Below, piece by piece: positions 50,271-61,294 of a stretch of 64,000 nt of DNA (position 1 is the stretch's first letter; the number at the start of each line of letters is the position of its first letter). Source of the stretch: Takakia lepidozioides (lineage: Eukaryota; Plantae; Bryophyta); contig CM060734.1 of assembly GCA_030704615.1 (NCBI GenBank), positions 60,450,001 through 60,514,000 on the forward strand. Reading direction: 5' to 3'. The notes beneath the pieces were generated by a model. The model saw only the letters and a list, made by a program, of their open reading frames with translations. It ran no database searches and was not told where the DNA came from. A program made the position numbers and the translations under genes.

Positions 50271-50726
50271 ATGATATTGCTGTAAACTCTGGAAGTGGTT
50301 CCTCTGAAACCTCCAATATTTCTTTAGGTTCAAGTACCGAGGCTCAATAAATTGTGTTTTGGTTTTGCTTCCATCTCCAAACTGTTTTTCAAGTTCTTTG
50401 CGCGTTCCCGTAAGTACAGTTAGGGATTGCCTAGGATAGGTCTTCGGATTGCGGAATTGAAAAATGTTTGTGTGTTGGAATGAATGTACTGCTTTGCCCA
50501 AAAAAAATGTTTGCTTTTAATATTCAGTTCTCTAGTGGACATTGTTCTCGGCCACAAAGAATATTCATGTGGGGGCCATGAAGAGGGATAAAAAATTAGG
50601 ACATAGGCGACAGCTGATCCGCGGTAATGGGGGGGGGGGGTAAGCACGGAATTAGGGCCTGAACACGTGGATGCTTGCTGACGTGGCGTGAGCCTAGCCA
50701 GGCTCATAGGCTCATAGGCTCACGCG

Positions 50727-52941
50727 CAAGCATTCCCCATATAGATCCACCTTCATTTTTTTCCCATTGCCTGCTGTCTTCCACCAAGCAGAATGGACTG
50801 CCTCAGACAAATTAGTGGTAGGCATATTTGCATCTGCCTCCACATCCATGTCCTCTCTCATCCATTGGCCCCACATTTGATATCTGTAGTGCCACCATGC
50901 AAGCCATGAATCCAGTTTTGGCAGACTCTTTTCTGTGCATGCTCCTGAAGAGAGCCACCAAGCCCGAATTGCAATGTATGTGGTTGTAGCATCCTCCAAG
51001 GTAGCACTATCTTTCCATTCATAACAGAGCTAAGTGTGCCTTTCACGGAAGTCCTCCAAGATATAGTTGTTGGTGTGTCTTCGGAGGTTTTCAGCCCAAT
51101 GATATAAACATGTTCTTTCTTTACCTTCCATTGGGACATTGGGATCAGATCCATAAACCCTTCGAACAGCAGCCCAATTCGCTCCTGCTGCATCCGCCAT
51201 GAAGCCAGCAAAATTTGGTTTGTTCAAGCCAGCAAGTTTTGCTTGTTCATTGATCATCTCCCAGAATAACACCTGAGCATCTGCATCCTCTCTTTTCATA
51301 TTGCAAATGGCAATGGTCATCATTCGCTTGACATATGGTTCATAGACATGACACGCAAGAGTTGTCCAATCCTTGATGCGTTTGACATGGTCAAATACTA
51401 CCCAACTAGTGCGTAGATCCCCCTCACTCATGCGACGCACAAGATCAACACCACTCTCGGGACCAGCAACAGACATCTTGAAAACATGGGGGAGATAAGA
51501 AGTATGCTGGCCTGGAAGGAGATTGCTGTGAATGAAATGGTATGTACTCAGACGCTTCAACTCCAATATGGACATGATGGAATTGACACGTGCAGATGCG
51601 ACCTTGTTTTTCACATTGGGGCTACAAACATGGGCAAACTCTTCAAGAATATCTTCCAAAGCCTCTCCCTCAAGACGTACTGTCTCTGTGCCATCAGTCA
51701 CAAGAACTCGATCAATCAAGAGCTTCTGGGCCATTGACAAGGAAATAGCTCCCGGGGTCGACCATGGCTTCATCTTAACGTGCTCTTGAATCATGCTTGA
51801 TGCATTTTCCACAGCCTCTCTATTCTCGCCCTTGGCACATGGATGGTTATGAAACCCAACGTGAACTGCAACACGTGTATATGTTGGAAGGGAACTTGTG
51901 ACATAGTACATTCTTGCCCCACAATGCGCCTCACAGAAAGATCTTTCTTTGCAGAAACTACACTTGAACTGGTTGAATGGAACTTGGGCTCCTGCAATGA
52001 ACACCTTGTCTGCATTGCCTTCCCAATAGCGGTCATTCCATTCCCTTTCTTTCTTGAAGAAGGGGCAAGTGCTGCTTTGACATATGAGCTTTCCAACACA
52101 AAGAACCTTACTACATTTCACATGATCTGGAACACCAGACATATTGTAGGTATTGGTCTTGCACCAAGGATGACCATCAAACTTGCGGTCCATGCCTTGG
52201 AGGGACTGTGAACCACGGTCCGTACGTAGTTTGACCACGGGGGGAGTTCGTGGATCATTTTTCCATCAAAAGCTCGAGGAAGACACCGAACACGATGCAC
52301 TGGAATGTGACTATAGTCCAAGGTAGAAAGCTCTCATTTTGATCCACTCCTCCGAAATGGACAACACACCAGAAGGAAATGCAGATGTAGCCTCCCCTGC
52401 TAGTCGTGGAGATGAAGATAAACCCCTCGCAGATTCGCAACAATCAGACGTGGTATTGTCCAATGGAGTTTTCCGAGGCTTCATGTCGTGAAGCAGAGAC
52501 CATATGAGCAGATGAGGAAGGTTGAGATCCACAAAATACACTCTTAGAAACCTCAACACAATCCGAATTATGAGACCCCAAGCTCGCCGAATCTGCAACC
52601 TCCTCCTTCAATTTACAACTCCCATTTGTTGCAGCTTGATCGTTCTTTCTTGCAATAGAAGTGTGCCTCTCATCATGTGACTGTGTATAGCTCGTACCTG
52701 TGACACGGTACTTCGAGAAAGTGCCTAGAAACAACTCCCATTGCTTTTGGCCATCATTGAAAACTGGAAGCAACACTATGGAGGTATCATCATCTTCATC
52801 ATCCTCCAAAAAAACTGAACCCGGAACAAGTTTGAATCTATTGCATAATTCTGGGATAATGCACTTGTTTCCATTGCAAGGATAACGAACCACTTTTGCA
52901 TCAGGTGGACATGAAAGCAATGCATATTTTGGTGTAGACAT
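50727..52941 (-). pseudogene. N-terminal two-thirds of a second, diverged Mutator-like transposase
   Basis: GMDRKFDGHPW..CVGKLIC..HVGFHNHP..VFDHVKRIKDWTTLACHVY..GFMADAA..CLYHW..NLSEAVH. It has frameshifts near 52.25 and 52.44 kb, a stop at 51030, and is cut at 50726. Confidence 0.9.
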
Positions 52942-53627
52942 TTGGCAATGCCCTCAAAGTTTGAGAGAAGATGCAAAATGAATGAAAGCGCACATCTTGC
53001 AAGACCTTATGCAAATACATTAAATGGCTTACATTACTTATGTGTATCATCAATCCAGAAGGTCCAAATTTTTTGAGGCATGTGCTCCATCCATATTATT
53101 CTCTGACAGAAACAACTAAATGGACTATCCCCTATTTTTAAGATGACGGCGCCGTTGTTGAGATCTTAGAATCCAATGTACTGCCTTCTTCTTATGAGCA
53201 TATGAAACATAAATGCTCTGCATGTTTCCATTTATTTTACAACCAATCGTTGATTAATCGTCCAACTATGAACTGACACACTAGACGACACAATTTATTT
53301 ACAATCAAATCCCATGACATATATGTTGATTTGTTCTTTGATTACTCATGTATGAGTAATGAGTACAAGTATTTGTGTAAAACCAATAAATTGATTAAGA
53401 CACCCATAACAAAATATTTAGTTACTTTATCACTTACTTTATATTGTATTATGAAGGCGCCGCCACAAAGTAATATGTCAATCGTACAACCATCTTCTGA
53501 GGATCCACGTGTAACCCATGTAGTCCAAAAAGCACTAACGCCAGAGTGTATAAAAAAGGTTCACATTTCAGATTTGGCCAATTTGGCCTTTTAAAGGCCT
53601 CGCCCCCCTTTCCCCCCGCTCTCCTCG

Positions 53628-53694
53628 GCGGGCACAGGTTTGAACCCGCAACCTAGTGGAAAATACACCACAATCTTACCACCAAGCCATGCTC
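53628..53694 (-). other. Degenerate tRNA-like (A/B box) sequence between the divergent genes of element 2
   Basis: GAGCATGGCTTGGTGGTAAG..TGGTG-TATTTTC-CACTA..GCGGGTTCAAACCTGT. It does not form a canonical cloverleaf. Confidence 0.4.
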
Positions 53695-53980
53695 TATTCA
53701 ATTAAACAACCTCTACTTTTTTGTTAATAAACTGTTTCTATTTAGTTAAACTTGTTGCCACTACTACATGACTAACCCGGTATCATTACTACACTAACGT
53801 AGTCTAGTATACTTGCACATTATCCCTTGTCACTCCCCTACACAAACACACACAAACTACACAAGCACTTAACACGTCTCTAGTCTCTACACCCTGGAGA
53901 CTCCCGTTGCGAAGAGGAGACGGAGGCACCGCATCTCGGCCTTATACTATACCACCCCGAGGCAACAAGCTGTTGCAGCG

Positions 53981-55661
53981 ATGGGGAGGAAGAAGGACAC
54001 TCGAGGGGGAGGCGTTGCTGGTGGTGGTGGTGGTAGAGGCAAGCTGCGGACGGAGAAGGTAAGCTGTAGTTTTTGTTTTTTTCATGACCTGCACTTAGGC
54101 ATATGCGCCATCGCATAAGCCCCACCAAGCTGCTCCTAATCTAGCACCTCCGCCGGCACAGATGCCTAAGTCACTTCAACTCTCACAAGTTTGTGAATCT
54201 CCACACATACACACAACCGTCTCCGCCAGCGGAGACAGCTCATTCCCCTTGGTTTTTTTTTATGCTTGGAGGGGCTGGGCTGCCACCTCCGCCGGCGCAT
54301 ACCGTTGGAGCTGGGATGCTCACATGTTTCAGGAAGTACTCATCTACTCCCATCCCGTTTATTTTTTTGCATGCTCATACGTTGCTGATGCTCCGAGCGG
54401 GTTGGGCTGGCGTATCCGCCGACGCATACCTTTGCAGCAGGGCTGCTCAAATGTTTCAGGAAGTTCACCCATTTTCCATCTCCTTTGTTTTTCCGCATGC
54501 TCAAAAGTTGTTGATGCTCCAAGCGGGCTGCGCTGGTATATCCGCCGGCGCATACCCATTGAATACATTTTTTTTTGCTCAGCTCATAGGTTTCAAGAAC
54601 CTCTTACAAGCGTCTCCGCCGGCGGAGACACTTGGAGCTTGGTTTTTTTTGCATATTCCTTGTGTTACGGGAGCTCCAAAGCGCCAAGGCTGCCACCTCT
54701 ATCAGCGCAGACCCGTGCAGCAGGGCTGCACACATATTTCAGGAAGTTCTCCCCCCCTGCAAGCATCTCCGCCGACGGAGATGCTTGGAGCTTGGTTTTT
54801 TGTTGTATATTCCTTGTGTTACGTAAGCTCCAAAGTGTCGAGGCTGCCACCTCCGTCGGCGCAGACGCTTGGGGAACCTTCCCTATTTTGGTTGATCACA
54901 GTATTCAAGTATATCAAAGCTTCTATGTTGCCACTCCACAACTCCACATGCTTCCATAGGCCTAGTTTGATCTTTGAAGGTGCTCCTGTATGTTTGGCTA
55001 CAACCTCCCTTCCATGGTATGCGCCGGCGCATATGCTTGGAGCTCCTTGAGCAAAAATTTCTTCAAGGGCCTCAAATCTTGTCAAATTTTGAGTTGGTTG
55101 CACATATGTGTCATATTCACCGGCGTAGGTGGTCGGAGGTCCTCTGTCGGGATGCTCAGGTCTGTATTCTGCTCCAAGTTGTAAGCTTTGAAAGACAAGG
55201 ATATTCATGGAATTAGTTGACTATCCAAATTCATTTGTTTTCTTCATGCAACCATGACATTGAACTGCTTTTTTTACATATTATACATTCACACATGTGC
55301 TCTTCTCATACACTAACATCTTGAACTATTTTGGTCTATGGAATTAGGAAATTACTACTACAACTGAAGCTGTGGAGGCCGGGACGTTTGCAACCATTAT
55401 TGACGACATTGATGCAGGGAATTGGGGGGCAGATGAGTATGAAGAAGATACAACATGTAGTGATCCTCTTTCTCTAGATGCCAAACAGGCAATTATTGAT
55501 CTGAATGAAACTTTCAGGTCCTTCCTCATTGAGGATGGAGTTATGGACATTCCATTGTGTCGCATGATTTCTATGCAGGTTGTTAGGCCCGCCCTTGCCA
55601 ACGACATCCTAAAGCTTAGAGGAGACTTCTATTCTGGATACCATCCAAGAGCAGCCGTATC
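53981..55661 (+). pseudogene. Second ParB-like cargo gene, truncated by the segmental-duplication breakpoint
   Basis: Exon 1 (53981-54058, MGRKKDTRGGG..) splices in phase to 55348. DIPLCRMISMQVVRPALANDILKLRGDFYSGY is homologous to VIPLCRMISMPAVRPALRNDITKLKNDFVHGY of the first element. Confidence 0.82.
54101..55130. repeat. Array of ~12 imperfect 16-bp palindromes (TCTCCGCCGGCGGAGA / TATGCGCCGGCGCATA type) in intron 1 of the second cargo gene
   Basis: Copies near 54101, 54148, 54220, 54286, 54413, 54539, 54613, 54697, 54766, 54850, 55018 and 55115. Confidence 0.85.
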
Positions 55662-56138
55662 GTTTATTAATTTGAACCAGCTACCTTAGAGAGAAATTCA
55701 AAAATTCGGTCCAATCGTCCAATCATTAAAAGAGCAAGATTTGTATTTTCCATTTTCTTAGCTGATATCATATAATTTTAACTTACTAACCATTATACGA
55801 GTACAAAATTCGTTGACTGGTAGGTATTATACATCCATCCAAAAAAGTGCGTGGACGGTGCACCGCCCCTGTGCTGCATTGACACGTGTCGTTGACAAGT
55901 TCTAGCAACATTTTTGAGGTTCACATTTTGAGGTTCACATTTTGAGGTCGCAATATATCTTTTCAAAAACCATCCTTTTCTTATGGCAGTGTGAAAGAGG
56001 ATTTTATCTTCGAAATATTTACTTATCTTTTGAAAAATGGAAGATAATAGAAATAAAATAAGAACTTTAATTCACACGTGCAACCTTTGGTAGGCCCGGT
56101 TTCTGGCATGTCAAATCTTCCCCACCTTCTCTTGAGAG

Positions 56139-56413
56139 CAGTGTTTTTCCAAAATCGCAGGCAGGGCGACATGTAGATTCTACCCAACGCCCATGTGGCG
56201 AGAATAACGAGGTGACAGAGCTAGAAAATAGGCTATATTACAGGTGTCATATTTTAACAGGTACACGTAGGATAAATCTGGCTCCTGGTATTTAACCTTT
56301 GGCACTTTCTGGCGATTTTCTTGATTTTTATTCCCATATTTCCTTTAGTAAAAGTAGCTGACCCATTTTCAAGGTCGAAATCTGGCGAATTTTTGCCAGA
56401 TTAAAAAACATTG
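56139..56413. mobile_element. hAT MITE, duplicated copy
   Basis: Copy of 11169-11443; the right TIR and TSD are mutated (AAAACATTG, CTTGAGTG). Confidence 0.85.
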
Positions 56414-56994
56414 CTTGAGTGTGACATGGAACTGAAGGAGTGTAATATATATATATATATATATGGACGCCTCCGAAGGGAACATAAATCATGGTGTCTC
56501 TTCACCCCTAAGGGCTACTGCCGCTGAAAGGCCCCTGAAAGGTGGACACCTTCATGACACACCAGACCGTGGTTTGAACCCACAACCACATCCAACGTGG
56601 TATGTGTCCATTATATGCTGGTGTAATTTCTAATCGGGGTGGTTACATTGGCTTAGAGGACGAGGTGTGCAACTCCACTTGGGGTTACATTGGGTGTGTA
56701 ACTCGACTCGGGATTACACAGAATGGAGTGTAACTCCGCTGGGTGTAACCCACACTTGGTCTCAAGATTTGACGAAGTCCAAATTTGCCTAAGTATAAAA
56801 TGGACTAACTAGAGTTACATGAGAGACCGGGTGCAGAGGATTACGCTGATTGGAATACAGATACCCAGGTTACAGTACAAAAGCCTCCCATCAAGAATTG
56901 GACCCAGAAAATTGTCGTCTGCAATGCTATTTCCTTACCATCACACTACCCACCACAACATGAAATCCACTTGGATTCTTAAGTAAAATTTTAG

Positions 56995-58201
56995 CACTAC
57001 AGGTACTTCAAACAAAAATAAAATAAAAATAAAATAGCGACGTCGCGGCGTCGCTAAAGCCCCTTTTTGGGGCGGGGACGTAGAAGTCCCAGATTGTGAC
57101 ACCCGAGCGTTGTCGCAGCAGCGTCATTAGAATATCGTCGCTAATTAGCGACGTTAGGTGACGCCGGCGCGACTTCTGGCGCCGGCGCGACTTGCGACCC
57201 CCGGACGTCGCAATTTTTTTTTTGTTTCCTTATCTGCGATGCTGCATTAGCGACGTTCGGGGGTCGCAAAGTGGGATTTGAGTTTAGGGGGGTACATTTG
57301 AATTTAAATGGAAAAATGTGAATTTTAAAATTTGAATTTGAATTTCAAAAACTTGTTGACCATTGACTCCGGTTCGTCCAATGGCAGTATGTTCATGGCT
57401 CTACATATATTAGGCAATATATACTTGAATCTAGGACCTCCACATTATATCATTTCTAAGACACTACAGACTAACCAACACCCCTACGATACATCTATGT
57501 ATCACAAAAGCAGTCGAAATATATATATATACATATCAAAGATTTCTTTCAAGTTCCTTCTAAGGGGGTCCCTCTTGTGACGTCGAGGAGTTACAACCTC
57601 CGCAGCCTTAGTGCCTAGCCCCAGCCCCAGCGTCGTCGCCGTTGTTGCAGCCCCAGCACTAGGCGCCTCAAGCGACGTCCTTGTGATGCCCTAAGCTAGC
57701 TACGACACCGTTGCGACCCCCTGTGGCGACACCGTTACGACCCCTTGGCGTCACATGTTGGGTTGGCGTCCCCAGCGACGCTTTTGTGACGTTGGGGGGC
57801 TGCAAGCCCACAAAAAAAAAAAAAAAAACCCTATGTGGCGACGCCGTTGCGACCCCCCCGGCGTCGGAGCGTGCTGGGGCGCCCCCAGCGACGTTTTTGC
57901 GACGCCAGGGGTCGCAACGCCCAAAAAAAAATTGGCGTTGCGACCACTCGGCATCGCAAGAAAAAAAAACACCCATCGCAACCCCCCGCGACGACGCACC
58001 ACCGTCGCATGTCCCGACGCCATTGGGGGGCCCCTTTCCCCCTTCATGCCACCTTGCGACGGCTGTGCGTCACATCGGGCGATTATGATGTCGGGGCGTC
58101 GCAAAAAGGGGCCGCGGAGGTGGCATCGCAGGCCAAGTGTGGAAGCGCGGCTGGCGTCGCTATTACCTCCCCCCCCCCCCCCCCCCCCATTTGCAGTAGT
58201 G
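56995..58201. mobile_element. Non-autonomous CACTA element, duplicated copy
   Basis: CACTACAG..CAGTAGTG with TAG TSD. Confidence 0.9.
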
Positions 58202-61200
58202 TAGATTAACACATATTAGCACTTAATGTTAGTTGTAAACACTAATTCCCTGCCCCTGCCCGTTTTTCCTCACCATTTCTCCTAGGTAGCTTGTCTCCTT
58301 CCTCCATGCCATGGCCGAAGCAAAAGGTCGTGTGTTGATTAACAGGATTGATGACTTTGCCTGAAACACATAATGCATGCAAGACAAGTTGTTGAGGAGG
58401 AACTGGCCCGTGGAGAATGTGGGAGCGATTCTAGAGAGTCTAGAGCTGTGTCGGGTGTTTGTTGAAGAGGCGGTTGCCTGCAAGTAAAGTCGAGGGTAGC
58501 TTCTGACATTGCTATGCCAATCTACCACGTACGCAGCACAAAATCCGAGGGATTCGAGTGCAGTGCAATAAGTCCATGTTGGGTTGTGTCCTCTTACCTT
58601 GGTTTCACTATTAAATACTCAAGAATCCAAGTGGGTTCCATGCTCTGGTGAGCAGTGTGGTGGTAAGGTGATGGCATTGCAGGTGGCGAAGTTCTGGTTT
58701 GATTCTTTGATGGGAGGCTCTTGTAGTGTAACCCCGGTCTCTCAAGTAACCATGGTTAGTCTGGGTTATTAGTGTAATCCCGTTCTCTCATGTAATCCTG
58801 ATTAGTCCATTTTATACTTGGCCAAATATGGACTTAGTCAAATTTCGAGACCAAGTGTGAGTTACACCGAGTGGAGTTACACTGCATTCTGTGTAACCCC
58901 GAGTGGAGTTATACACCTCGTCATGTAACCCAATGTAACCCCAAGTGGAGTTTATACTCCTTCAGTTCCATGTCACTCTCAAGAGAGGGTGGGGAAGATT
59001 TGACATCATTATTTTGCAAGAAATTTCTTTATATAGACAACGGAATCTTTCAAGATAGGCATTTGGACCGCATCTGCCCCTCAGTATTGACTACAAATCC
59101 ATGTGGTGACTTTGGGTCCCTCATTGGCTCATCTTACAACTCAATCATGATCCAAAGCTGGTCAAGGAAAAACTATACAAACAATGAACACTTCCAAAAA
59201 TGTCATTATTAAAGACCTAGCTGATATTATATTGTAAATGGAGCGTTCTTACCATGGGCTCATTCAGTTTCGCTTTCATTGCTCTTTTGACTAAACTAGA
59301 AATAAAAACTTTCTGTATATTCCTATAAGTTGGCAGTCTCGCTGCAATTCTCGACGGGTACAAATGGGTGGGTACAACTCATGTAAAACCATGAAAACTG
59401 CCAGTACATAAATTTGACATTACTTCGAACTCATTCACATAATGATCAGCTCTAGGATTCAATGAATTGAAAAAAAAAATCTTTCAACATCCTTGAAGTG
59501 AATCCGTATAATCGCCTACTACCTCACCTACATGGTAATCTCCAATTATACATGACTATGAATGTCTCTTACTGCACTAGGATCTTGGCCAGCATAGATT
59601 ATACTAATCTCACACCCCTCGAGCAGAAAGAGAATGCTTGTATATCAGCTAAACTCTCAATGAGGTTGTACATGAAGACGAAAGTAACAGCTCACTATTG
59701 GGAAAGTACTCAGCACTTCGACAGTGGTTTGCAATAGGTACTAGAGCTGATGCAAATCCATGTATGCTCTTTCTAGCCATGCATCCAACTGATGTGCGCA
59801 TCCACCAAAATGTTCGTTGTATTCTACCATGTTGTGTTCTATGCATTCATTTCTCTATACTGGTATGCCCAGCCCCTGCTGGATTCCTTCAAGCTTCAAC
59901 GATAGCAAAGATGGAGACCCTGAAGCATGGTGATCTTTCCTAGCTCAAACCACTGTCGCTTTCTAGTGAGACTAGACCATTGGCAGTCGGAAATCTATAT
60001 ATTACTAAGAGTGTAGTCTCAGGTGCAAGAATATCTATAAGAACAAGTTGATCGTTTGAAAAAGCACTCCAAGAACATTTCGAAGATCTTCACTTTGGTG
60101 ATCACACAATCCATTTTGAGAAATAATTGGGCTATGAAAGCTATGAAAACTCCTTTAAAAGTATCAACCTTTGGGAATGTCTTCCATGCGGAGCTTGGCA
60201 GAGAGACAACATTGTTATCCCTTCTCAAACCTCAAAAAAGATAAAAGAAACACGTAGTAGAGAGAAATCATTGCACTGGATACAACATGTGGTCATTGTG
60301 GTCATTGTGGGCAATCCACATGGTCAATGTGTCAATGGATTGACCATGCACATTCAACCTTTCAATGTGCATATTTTATTTTCTTGCCTCGTGAAAGTTT
60401 AGGCTTCTTCTGTCAACATAGAAGATGACTCTATCATGAGGTTGAGGGAGGGGAAAGATGTGACTACAGCCAGGCCAAGCTTAATCTCAGTTTTCTTAAC
60501 TGACTTTTATTTTTGAAAGGGGGCAATCCCTTGGAGAGAGCATGGGTGAGATGATGCCAATGGGAGTTGATATAAATAAGAGTCTCTTCCCCTTGCACTG
60601 TTAAAGAGGAGGGTTGTAAATTGAAGTCTAGTCTGATCTGTTTCAACCGGACACAATACCTATGCCACAAGAATGTAAGCATGACCCAACCCACGCTCAC
60701 ACACAAAAAGACATACATGAGGATGCATTAAACATAGAATTCTAACCATACTTGATGTACACAACCTCTTCCCAAATTCGTGTGTTGCATAGCAGCTATT
60801 AACTCTAAATACAGCTCTATTGTGTCAAGCCAAAAAAAACTATGGACAGGTATCTTTCTTGTGATTTGAGAGCTTAGGAAGTAAGCAGCATAGCCAGCAG
60901 ACTAAGAAAAAAATATGGAAGACAAATATGGACCTAGACATGTATATGGTCGAGTGGTATTGTACGGGTAAAGAATATGACAACACCTCGCGTAGAGATT
61001 GGGAGGGAAAATAGGGGATAGTCAGCAAATGATACAAAACTATCTTTACCTACAGGGTGGTGTAAATGATGGTAGAATCAAAAGCAAACAGAAGCCATAG
61101 CTGCCAACTACAACACATGTAACACATTGTTGTCATTTGACTGCACAGTTGTAGAGTAGGCAAAGGTTACCCTTGGCAAAACACAACTCATCCAGCATTA

Positions 61201-61294
61201 TGTTGGTGTAGGCAATGTAAAATCCCTCTCAAGAGCTCAGTTCGCCAACTTTCAAAATCTCGAGGCAGACCTTCCTCAAGGCTGAGCCCTGGGT

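Larger units (their letters stand above)
39769..50726. mobile_element. ~11 kb Mutator-like element carrying a transposase and a ParB-methyltransferase cargo gene
   Basis: Inverted termini CGCGTGAGCGTGTGAGCGTA (39769) and revcomp CGCGTGAGCCTATGAGCCTA (50726), with GCTGACGTGGCGTGAGCCT repeated near both ends. The flanking transposase frames stop at these points. No TSD is seen. Confidence 0.8.

Noticed and set aside
53628-53694. Functional tRNA gene
   Set aside because: The acceptor and T stems are imperfect and there is no U33; it is at most tRNA-derived.
54162-55050. 265-aa and 285-aa ORFs
   Set aside because: They lie in the palindrome-repeat intron and give repetitive, non-domain-like translations.
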